Below, piece by piece: positions 52,830 to 64,000 of a DNA stretch of 64,000 nt (position 1 is its first letter; each line of letters starts with the position of its first letter). The stretch lies in the NCBI GenBank assembly GCA_043228905.1, contig JBHGNT010000133.1, positions 6,402 to 70,401 of the forward strand, in the 5' to 3' direction. This stretch comes from Azolla caroliniana. Its lineage: Eukaryota; Plantae; Polypodiophyta. The translations under genes were made by a program, and so were the position numbers. The notes beneath the pieces are model-generated. The model searched no databases and was not told the DNA's origin. It saw only the letters and a program-made list of their open reading frames with translations.

Positions 52830-53947
52830 TTATTTGCTTTGCAACAACTGATGAAATGCTTCTTGTGGCAAGTCCACAGAGCCTACTCTCTTCATTCTCT
52901 TTTTCCCCTCCTTTTGCTTCTCCAACAATTTCCTTTTGCGAGATACATCACCTCCATAACATTTCGCAAGCACGTTCTTTCGCATTGCAGAAAGGCTTTA
53001 CAAATTTCCCAAAACAAAAATTATACAAATGTAGGCCATGATAGGAGAGAATTTTCATCAATGCAAAAAAACAAAATCTCAACTTACGTTTCTCGGGCTA
53101 CCACCCGGGTGCCTACAGCTGCTTGTATTGCTACCTCAAACATGTGTCTGTTGCCATGAAGTGTTTTAAGCAAAACTCAAGAAAAACTAAATTTAGACTT
53201 TAAAAGCTGACGATAGGTCACCCTTTTAACAATGGTGAATTGATGGATGACAGATACCAAAAGAGGAAATTTGAGATTTTACACGAAGGGTCACATTTAT
53301 AATAATGAGGAATGAAGTATTGAGACGACACCTGTCAATGATCTTTTTCAGCTTGTCAACAAGCTTACGGCCGATATATTGGGCCTTGGAGCTATGCACA
53401 ATTGCAGCTAGGGCATCAACCGATTGCCCATTCAACATGATATCAAGCTTCACAAGGTCTGCTTTCTGATACCTACAAAAATTAATCATTTATTGAAAAG
53501 GATTCATTGACAGGGAATCTGATTTTTGTCTTTCAATTTGACGATGCCAACTTTCTGAAGAAGAATCTATTTACTTATTCTATTTTACCAGCAATATCTT
53601 ATGAACTATTTATCCATATTTTTACTTGAGCGGTATATTTTAACATTTACTTTTTGTCAGCTACTTGCATATTTGATATAAAAACATCAATTCAACTATT
53701 CATTTTTTACATTTATCCCTTACAAACTATTTATCCATATTTGTGTTGTTTGATATCCTGTAATTTAGTGAATCAGAATTGTAATAAGCTGAAGTAGGTT
53801 ATGAACCTACTTTCATGAATCAAGATTGTACGTCAACCAGGAGATTATTTAACTTACATTTCATCACGAGAAATCAAAATAAAACTTGGAGTATGGTGAT
53901 AAGTTAAAGCTCCAGTCAGTATTTTAATTTTAGTGATTCAAGAATTC

Positions 53948-53982
<35 letters not shown>

Positions 53983-56900
53983 CTAAGTGGCATTATTGTC
54001 TTTGTCAGTGACAAAACGCTCTCGAAATTGTGCTGTCAACTGTTTGGATACCATGAGGTAATTAGTTTGATACACTGATATGGTATGTAGCTTAGAGAGA
54101 TGGACGTACGGTGCACAAAAGATCTGTGAAAGAAAGGCTTTGAACCCTCAACCTTGTTATGATAGCCTAATAGCTTACCACTAAGGTGGGTCCATCATGA
54201 TAAATAAATAAAACATTAAACAAACACTGGCATCTCATTACTAATGTAGACACACAATAAATAAATGATGTTACCATTATAAGAAACAAATTTTAGTAAA
54301 CGCATAAGGAAAGTAATTACCCTGCATCTTCATAGTCAAATGAAGCATAGCCTGAAGTGATGCTCTTAAGCTCATCATAAAAATCCACTACAATTTCTCG
54401 GAGTGGAAGTTTGTACTTCAGCAAAACACGCTGACTGTATATAGTCAATACAAAATTCATTACTTAACCTATGCATATAGAAATCTTAAACTATGTTATT
54501 GCTGATTTGGTTACCTGTCAATGAAAGTGTACTCTGTTTGCTCCCCTCTCCTCTCTGAGCAAAGTGTAATCAAACCTCCAACATATCTGGGATCAAGACA
54601 AGGATTGGTCTAATTGTCAATCTTTTTAACAATGAAAAGAATCTAGTGTATATTATAGACCACAAGTGTATAGCGTAAATCATCTTTGAAAGAAAAATGA
54701 GTATACATTGGACTTGGAGAGCTTACTCACTGGGCGTGATAATAGTAGCTATCACTATTGGTTCTAATGAAGATTCTAGCCTTTTGGTAGGTGTGGAAGG
54801 TAGTGCTGCTGGATTTTGGACAGTTATCTTACTGCATCCAACATATTAAAATTTAGATATCTGATTTCTCGAAACCCTGTTACATCACAAAAACCGGACA
54901 TTGGTATCTTTATAAGTGTTGAATATATAAACACACCTTCCATCAGCGTACTCAAAAAGATATGGAACCGTTGGTGTGGTTGTAATAACCTGAGCTCCAT
55001 ACTCCTATAAAAATAGATTCTTCTTCCATTTAGAAAACGAAAATTTTCGGGGACTGAAAATGATACACATGTAAATAAAGGAAAGGAAAGTTGAGCTACC
55101 TCTGATTCAATAACACAAACTAGAAATCTATAACATGTCAGAAAAGACAAAAAAACCCAACAAATTAGATCATATTTACCTGTTCGAGTCTTTGATGGAA
55201 CACATCCATATGAAGCAGACCTAAGAAGCCACACCTACATTAACAAAATGATAATGAAATTATGCTGCTTCTGGTTTTGATAATGAATAATTATGCTACT
55301 AGTTAGAGGCTCAATTTGTTATTTATTCCAATTTTGGAAAGCAGCAAAATAACCAGAACTTCAGTCTAGACATGAAAAGACATTCATTTTCACAAAAAGT
55401 AATAGCATAGATATATGAAAGATTTTGAAACCTGAATCCCATCCCAAGTGCTCCACTGCTTTCTTTTGTGACTGACACACTAGCATCATTGCATGTGAGT
55501 CGTTCAATTGCATGGCTAAGGGCTTCAAAGTCTGAGCCATCTGCTGGATAAACTCCAGCAAAAACCATATGTTTAGCTGCCTTAAATCCTGCAGCATTTT
55601 CAATGAACACAGTTTATTGATACAGGCATTGATATCAATATGAAGGCGTGTATTATAGGGCAAAATTGTACAGGAAAACCAACCAAAGGATTGCATTGCA
55701 TGTACTCATAAGTACAAATTTGCTCTTCCCCTCTACCCATGTAAAAAAAAGAAAGAGATAAATTGAAGTCTTCCAAGGAATAAGACAGTCATAGATCAAT
55801 GTAAATAAAATAGAATCTACAATAATCATGGGGAGACTGAAATGAATACTAATCTACATCAAAAAGGATATCTAAGATGCATACACCACCACTTTGCAAT
55901 CCATATACTAGACATATCTAGCATTCATGTCATTAGTAGGTGCTTTTGGTTGCTATTAAACATTAGTGATTATTCTTATTGATTTGACTCATGTACCAGC
56001 AAGGGTGGATCCAGATCCAATAGCTCCGAACCAGCCAAACGACTTGATAAATTTCTGAAGGTCCAACAGGTGTCAATGTCAGAAAGGATTGTCAATCCTC
56101 CTATGTATCAAAGGCTTCAAAATAGAAGCTATTTCGCCTCTTCTTGAAGGAACTACAGGTATAGCAAACGAGATTCATTCCTTTCTGCTAATGAAGCGTT
56201 ATTAATTGGTACTTTGAGAAGAAAAAAGGTTTTATGTAGTGATGTCATTGGATTAGCTTCACATAGACAACATGCAATTGTTACTTGTATAGGCAATGAA
56301 ACAGAATCTAGTTCTGAATGTAAAAGGTAGGCGCGTTAATCACAGTTAATTTTGAGGTAATCATGGTCCAGTCACTTATTTCTAAGCCTACACAGGTTTC
56401 ACGAATGTCTCATTAATTATATTTGTGTCGCATGAGGGAGAATATTTCTATTTTGAGAATGTATGGGCCTACACAAGTACAATGAATCCTCATTACACAA
56501 TAGTTGTGTGGGAATGAGAAAGAGCCTTCTTTCTATTACAAATCGAAAGTAAAGACAGTATTGCATTTGTTGGAATAAACTTCCTGCCTAAAAAAGGAAA
56601 TGGATGTTTCCACAACTCAAGCAGTGGCGGTTTCTGATCAGTTTGCTATTGATCCAGTTAACCTTTCTACACATCCATAGAGTCAATCATTGTGCCTTCT
56701 TTTCTCATGTTCAACCACAAAATGCCCAAACTGTAAAGGAAATTTTCTCTGCTTCAAAAACTGGCGGATCTATACTTATTCTTTTTAAACAAAATAATGA
56801 GCAATAAGACAATTAGTATAATCATAAGCCTCTAACTTAGGACAGATGGCAAGAATAAGGCATATGGTGTTCAGCCACGCCCAAAATATGAGCACAGACT

Positions 56901-58872
56901 AATTAAGCTCAAACTATTCTCTAAAATGGCACATTACCATAGTAATGTGCCACTCAATATGGAACTAGTTCTACTGTATAAGATGCATCATTTTACTAGA
57001 ATGATTCATCATCCAGAAATCACATGCCTAATGTTTAAATGAAAAGTACCTATTGTAGCCATTTGGGTGCTTATTATTCAAAATGAAAAAAGGATTCATC
57101 AACCCTCAAGAAGATTTTTGCTGATGTCGTAATCTATTCAACACAACGAATGAGATTTGCAGGTTTAAAGTCTCATTTTCAAAGTTCAGTACACAGTCAA
57201 GCTAGAAACATGTTTTTTTCTACTCAGAAATCTTTTCAAAAATGCATATTTAGTAGCATCAATGCGTCAAAAGGTTAGATTAATTAGCTCAATTACCAGG
57301 AAGAGGTTGAACAGAAGTATTGGCATGATGTAAAGTGTCACCAATCCTTGCTTCATGAGTCGACCGCATTCCAGTTACAATGTAGCCTACTTGTCCAGTT
57401 AAAAGCAATCCTGTTGGTGTCAACTCCGGATGCATTATCCCAACATCCATGATCTCATAGCTCTGTCCTGTAGAAGCCGAAGTTATTTTCTCCCCCTTCC
57501 GTAATATACCATCAACCACTGCAACATGGCAAATCACACCTCTATATTCATCATAATAAGAATCTAGTAGCAATGTTCGCAATGGAAATGACATAGAACC
57601 CTTCGGTGAGGGAATTCGCTCAATTATTGCAGGCAAGACATGTTGGAGACCGACCCCTGTCTTAGCAGATGTAAGAAGAGCATCTTTTGGATCAAGATCA
57701 AAGATAGATTTCAATTGCTGTTTTACTCTCTCAGGATCAGCACTGGCTTGGTCAATTTTATTTATTACTGGGATAATCGTAAGATCTGACTCGAAAGCAA
57801 GGTAAAAATTAGCTACAGTTTGGGCTTGAACACCTTGCGCTGCATCTACAACAAGTAATACACCCTGGCAAGCTGCCAATGACCTTGAAACCTCATAGCT
57901 GAAATCAACATGGCCCGGTGTATCTATAAGGTTCATAAGGTATGACCTCTCGGGAAGGGTAGATACTATGCCCAATTCCTCATTCGTTTTCCTTGAATAA
58001 TTATAGAACATTGTTGCTGTTTGTGCTTTGACAGTAATACCTCTCTCTCTCTCAACCTGTCCATCAGAAAATGCAGTGCACATTCATTCAAAAAAGCTAA
58101 TACTTTTAGCACAAAATAAATTTAGGACTGCTGTAATATTGATATGAATCATAACAACGAAATGATTTAATATTGTCCAAAAGGTTATAATTCGCCCTTG
58201 GGCCTTTTGGATAACATAGTTCCCATTTCAGCCGTTCACATATTGGATGATAGCTTGATACACATGGTAATGTATGAGTAAAACGCACAGAATAATGTTA
58301 TAATTTTCAATACCAGCACATTACCACTGTATGCTAGTTATTCCATTAAAAAAGACACACACATCAAAATTTATATGCTAATTATATTTTCAAAACACAC
58401 ATTAATCAAAAGAGGCCAAGTTGTAATTACTCTTTTAGCACATACACACACACATATTAAATCGCATGCTAATTACTTGCTAACAGAAAAAACATGGTTA
58501 AACAATCATGTGTCTTATAAAACTACATCAAGATCACAACACACGGGTGCATACACAAAGGCATACCTACATATATACGTGAATCCATACCTGGAGCTTA
58601 TCAAGGTATTGAGGTTGACCATGGCCTTTCTTGATGGTTCCAGTGAGCTCCAGGAGCCGATCGGCAAGAGTAGACTTGCCATGGTCAATGTGGGCGATAA
58701 TTGAGAAGTTCCTGACGATCTCCGGCGGGTAATCGATGAGACGGATGGAGTAGTCCTGAGGAGGCTTCGACGATGAAGCAAAGTGGCACCTTCCAGGGGA
58801 GGCGGGGGAAGAAACAGGGGATTGAGCGGCCCAGGAACGCCACACTCTGGCCACAGAGCGGCGCCACTGCAT
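52830..58872 (-). CDS. GUF1: Translation factor GUF1 / LepA (EF-4), mitochondrial-type, ~11 exons
   Basis: Arg/Ser-rich presequence; [21 protein letters not shown]; [11 protein letters not shown]; [24 protein letters not shown]; INKID; [24 protein letters not shown]; [14 protein letters not shown]; [31 protein letters not shown]. Exons include 58872-58591 and 58056-57297; stop at 52830-52832. Confidence 0.95.
53950..54193 (-). mobile_element. Probable tRNA-derived SINE in a GUF1 intron
   Basis: On the minus strand: A-box-like CCTTAGTGGTAA, B-box-like GGGTTCAAAGCC at tRNA spacing, ~150-nt body, (AAT)n tail at 53950-53981. No clear TSD. Confidence 0.5.
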
Positions 58873-61175
58873 TATTGCTTCACAAAACAAAACATTCATT
58901 CATTCCATAACCTCAAAGTTCTCTCTCCTTCAATGAAAATGTCTCTGTCTGTCTATGTGTGTGTGACTTCATGATGTCTTGATGCCTTGAGAGGTAGGTT
59001 CTCTCTTAAGTCTTGTTGTGTGTGCCTCTAGGGGCTTCATTCCTAGGCATACAAAGGTCTTGTTTAATACCACCCATCATATGACCTATTGTATGTTGCC
59101 ACATGTGTGTGTGGACCTCCTGTCTTTGCACAACCTAATTGTGGATCGACCAAAAGTGTGTTTGAAGGAAGCGTTTGATGCCAAGGTATATGTATCTAAA
59201 AGCCTTTGCTATCAGGCGTCTCAAGAGGTTGATATCAAGGTTTGATATATGTGTTTGTGTGTGTCTTATGTATGTGTGTTAGGAATGGTGTTTTAAAGTG
59301 TTTTTGACACATGATGTTTATGAGTGTTTGGTGCATGGAGTTTGACGACAGGTGTTCCGCTGAGTAATTAATGTATGTTGACGCATGGCGTGTTTGATGT
59401 CTCTCGTTTCAAGTCTTCACATGAAGGTTCGAGAACCGCAACATGTATTACCCATCTCTGAAGCATTTGTTTTCATGTGTTCAAGTGTTTAAGTGTCAAG
59501 GAGTGTGCGTAAATTATCGTCTAAGAGCAAATTTCCTTGTTTGACCATTTGTGGACGATTCCTTTTTCACATTATAGGACTCAAGCAAACTGTGATAGGT
59601 GACTCATGCATCTTGTTTGATTTTCTTATTTTCATTTTCTTCGCCAAGAAGCACTAACAAAACTTAATGTTTGGCTCCTTATATAGTTTTCACACTCTAA
59701 ACACGATTTTAAAGGCCTTTGTTTATTGAGATCACACATGCACGAGATTTGAATATCTTCAATTTCCTTTATCCATGTATTAGCTTGGAAAACAACGTTG
59801 CCCCTCTACTTCGTAGGTAAAAAAATTCAATATTGGATGCAAAGGCAATAAAAAAAGGCATCATCTTTAGTTTGCTCCAAATTCTCCCAAAATGCTACCA
59901 TGATCTCCTTCAAGAAGTTCTAAGGCCTTACTCTATCTACCAAATCAACACAATTCTACCTAAAAATTATCCCAAACAATCTATGAGATTTCTATGTTAG
60001 TAATTTTACTCTTTTTGTTAATCTACTCTTTTTGCACAAATGCTTTATTCCTCGTCTAAAATTTCTAGTCTAAGTTGGGACCAAGAACATATTCACCCAC
60101 ATAGTTTGCCAAAATTTATAATGGCAGTCAGGTGACGGCATAAAGATTTACAACTATGCTATGACATGCGAACAGGGTTTAGGGTTAATATAAATAATTC
60201 AGGTATTATAGACCTATATATAATGGCATTAATAACTTACTTCCTATTAAATATAAACATATGTATGATTATTAACTGAAAGCCCTACTGTAAGACACAA
60301 ACAGCTTTGTAGAGACTCGATAAATAATTAAACAGTCACTTCTACTTAACTAGTTACCATTTTCACATCTACAATTACATTGGATCCAAGTACTAGGGAG
60401 ACCTTATATTATGGTCATCATGACCATGTGAGTCTATCATGTGCAATGTAGTTTTTGCCTTAATTTTATTTACTATTTATCTGGGTTATTATCCCAAAAT
60501 TGAGGATCACACTCCACAAATTGGCTGCATAATACTTTAATTTTACTCATTTCAATGTTATCAAGTAAGACGATGCAAATAAAACTGGACACCAAGAAAA
60601 ATCAGACAAAAAAGCTTTTGCTACACAAGATTAAACAATGAAGAAATTATATGTACATGAAACATAAAAAAGATGAAACCAGTCGATGGATAATCGGGTA
60701 GGCGGAAAACTTCTTTCATGACCAAAAACAAATGTATTGTATTTGTATTTCATTTACTTCTCAAACATTGCATTTCGCCACCTAAATTTTATACAATTGC
60801 ACTTTTACATGCCAATAAGATACGATTCTCAAAACATGTGAATGATCAAAAGCTGATCTCTTCAAAGCCCTCTGAAGAGACCAAAACCCTTTCCAGCATT
60901 CCACCTTGAAGACAACCATAATATAGCTTCTTTAAAGGGTACACATTATTTCATCGAGGTAAGCAAAATGTAGTAACCAAATCACGGTCAGTTCTATGAG
61001 TAGATACCGTGAACCCGATGAAAAAACTCATGGTGGGCACTGAGAACCCTCCATTAATACTTCGAACTTTCTCTAGTTTTGAGACAGAACATGTTGGGGT
61101 CAAAAGTTTCATTTTCTTTAATGTTGAGATAACATATCTTGGGAACAAAGCTTCATTTTTGTAGATTATATTGTC

Positions 61176-64000
61176 TTATACTCCAACTTTCTCGACTTTC
61201 ACAACAAAACATCTTGCATTATTTTGGCCCCTGCTGCAAGCATTTTGCACCCCATTTCCAACAACTGCCAAATTCAAATCCAATATAGGCTCTTCTTTTA
61301 TTACGTTGGCACCTAATACCTTTCTATCCTTAATATCCTCATTTTTATTGTTGAGGCCAAAATCCACTCTTTCGTGATGACCATTGATGCAACTCTCAGA
61401 GTAGGGGAGACCCTGTTGTACATTTTCAGCCTTCAGTTTTCTTCTTGAAATTTCCAAAGCATTATTTTTGTTATCTTCTTCTTCATCAGTATACTCCATA
61501 TAAGACTCATCACCACATCTATTTTCTTCATAATCACTGTTTTCTCCATTCCCATCTTTATCTGAACTAGGTTTTTGCCTTTTCTTTCTCTTATTGCATT
61601 GATTGGTATGAATTTCCCTTTCATCTTCAGAACAACCGGCAGCTTCATCATTCTCAACATACCTGTCAGAGCATTTTAACATAACAAAATATTAATTTCT
61701 ATTCGCAAAATTCGAAATGTAAGAATTGTTTTGTGATCCTTAGTGACCTGCTATATTGCCCATTGTCATGATCTATTTCAGAATGTATGTGACTTGGGTA
61801 ATCACTGCCATTATCTGCAGTTTCCAGATCTATCTGGTAATTGGAACTCTTTGATATTATATTGTTTTCAACCACTAAGGCTCGAGATGCATGTAGAGTG
61901 CTGAATATATAGAGAAAAGTTAGACAGCTTTTTGTTTGCTCCAACAAAATATAGCAAACTGCATAGTACATACTTGCTACGTTGGATAGCATCATTGATT
62001 GATTTGTCAAAATCATCTGTAAAGAAGATTATACTGTCATTCTAGTCTGTTCCCTTAATCTTTGCCCATAACCAATAACATACTTTAGTATTCTCACCAA
62101 ATGTGTATGTAACAGGCTTGCGCTCACGTCTAGAACGACCCATCGCTAAACCCTCAATGTTGGTGTGATTATCAATGAGTAGAGCTTGTCTTTGCTGTCT
62201 CTTTAATGCTCGTTCTTTTTTCTGTTATAAGATTCTTCATTTCAGTACAGTGTATTCCTGCTCCAATTACCCTTCAGAAGAAATGTGAACCATAACATGG
62301 GCATATCCGAAATGGCCTTCATCCATCTTCTTGAAGATTTATTTTGGTAATATTGAAGGAAAATTTGAAATTATATAACAATATATATACATAACCCATT
62401 GATACAAAAACTACAAATATAGGGAATATATTATTGTTGACGTGATCATGAATGAGGGCTTCATAACTATCCACAAAACTTTACTAGAAACTTCAAAAGA
62501 CATTTATATGCATATAGAATGACAAAAATATACCTGTTGTAGCTTGTTTAGCTCTGGAATGATATCACTGTCTATTTTCTTACCAATAGAAACTTCCAGT
62601 TTATTCTTACTCGAACACAGCTTTTCCTAAGAACAGAACGAACAGATGAATAAAGCATTCAAAACAAAGAGATTTAATAAACAGCTCAATGTACATACTA
62701 CAACAGATTCAAATTCTTCCAAATTTGTTGCCAAAGTCTCCCACTGAAAGGTTGGAGGGGGCACTAATAAATTCCTTGACTTGCTATTAAGCTTGTCTCT
62801 CTTGCAAGGCACTTGTATTTCCCTATATAATCTCTGTCCTGCAACAGGGCCATTCTCATACCTGTCATGCGAATTTCCCAGATTTACAGTATTGCACATT
62901 TACAAAAAACAATGCAAGAGGTACCGGTGAGTAACACAAGACGTTTACCAATAAACTGTCCCTTGCATATCATCCCCAACACTCTCTTTCCTTATGGTGG
63001 ATAGAGGACTTCCATTCTTTAGCTCCTCATCAATGAAGGTGCGTATATCATCTTGCTGTAAAACATATATTGGAGAGCCATCTTAACAAGAGATAGAATG
63101 CAGATATTTTTAAGTTGTAGATTCTATGCAGAAAAATATCTCTGTTCAGAAGTCAGTTGGTATCAGAAAATCAAAAGTACTATGATGATAAAAAACAGTT
63201 TAAGGTGAAATACATTTAAAGGTAAACTAGTCCTAAGTGACAATATTAATTGTAATGTCCCTCACCAAAGACACAAATATCTCTTAATTAATTGAATTTT
63301 TTTGAAACTTGGGCATGACCACCATAATAATAAAGATTATTCAGATTTCTTTTGCACCTACTTTTTCTTACTGCATAAATAGAATAAGAGGCATTAGGAT
63401 CTATACACGTAGAAACTGATTTTTATAACCCAGAGGGCAGGCAAAATGCCCACTACAATCAAATTGGGCAGTGTGCATGCTATGCTGTGTGCAAAACTCT
63501 TCATGTTCAATTTCAATTTGTTTATGAAAACACTCATTAATAGAAAATCGTACATGTGGAATGTATGTGGAAACAATAACAATAAAGAACAAAATGCAAC
63601 TGCATGCAGCACTAGTTCATGAACGATGCCAGAAAACTCGCTTGAGTACAGACACATAGAAACACAAGACAAATGAAATATCTCAGTAGCTGGACGGAGA
63701 AAAACCAAAAAGTAAATTCCATAGTTGCTGCTGAAATGAGATGCAGATTTATTAGCACAATTGCATGATCATCACAATATTCAGTCTTGACACATAGGCT
63801 ATGGAAAAAAAATTAACTAGAAACCAATACTACAGCAAACTAAATGCAGTATCAAATATTAGTACTCGTGATCCTCATGAAAGTAAGATAGTAGCCAGAT
63901 AATGCATGTATGGACTGCTATATGTATGTAAATGCATGCAAAACTATGCTGGTCATTTAATCAATCCCTTACATCAAGGCGGAGTTCACATAGAGCCTTT
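61176..64000 (-). CDS. DDT-domain protein, DDR4-like (3' exons only; the 5' part lies beyond the window)
   Basis: Exons read KALCELRLD|QDDIRTFIDEELKNG...YW|YENGPVAGQRLYREI...WETLATNLEEFESV|EKLCSSKNKLE...|KKERALKRQQRQALL...RSRRERKPVTYTF|DDFDKSINDAI, matching plant DDR4-type motifs as I recall them. The exact last exon is less certain. Confidence 0.8.

Overview
AT-rich, CpG-poor land-plant nuclear DNA. A fern is my best guess, from the PLS-type PPR relic and dense GA/CA microsatellites, but the taxon is an inference. Four spliced host genes are present: a MED26/TFIIS-N-domain gene (6741-10227, -), a secreted-type SOUL heme-binding gene (48127-50040, +), mitochondrial-type GUF1/LepA (52830-58872, -) and the 3' part of a DDT-domain DDR4-like gene (61176->64000, -). 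A nested TE block fills ~15-47 kb: Gypsy relics, a young but 3'-truncated chromovirus-like Gypsy, an L1 fragment split by a solo LTR, a hAT-like MITE and a PPR pseudogene. A Copia relic lies at ~0.9-2.9 kb and a probable tRNA-SINE sits in a GUF1 intron. The main signal is three independent insertions of one unusual LTR clade: a solo LTR (15773-16832), a decayed element (20972-24291) and a very young element (31509-37173). All three have TGTCG...CGACA ends, a shared U5 motif and a 4-bp target-site duplication centred on CpG (ACGG, ACGT, ACGG). The two full elements use a tRNA-Trp PBS and encode no Pol. The young copy instead encodes one uninterrupted 1417-aa protein: a Gag-like capsid, an acidic repeat array and a Trp/Arg-rich tail. 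The older copy carries a tRNA-like Pol III module in both LTRs.
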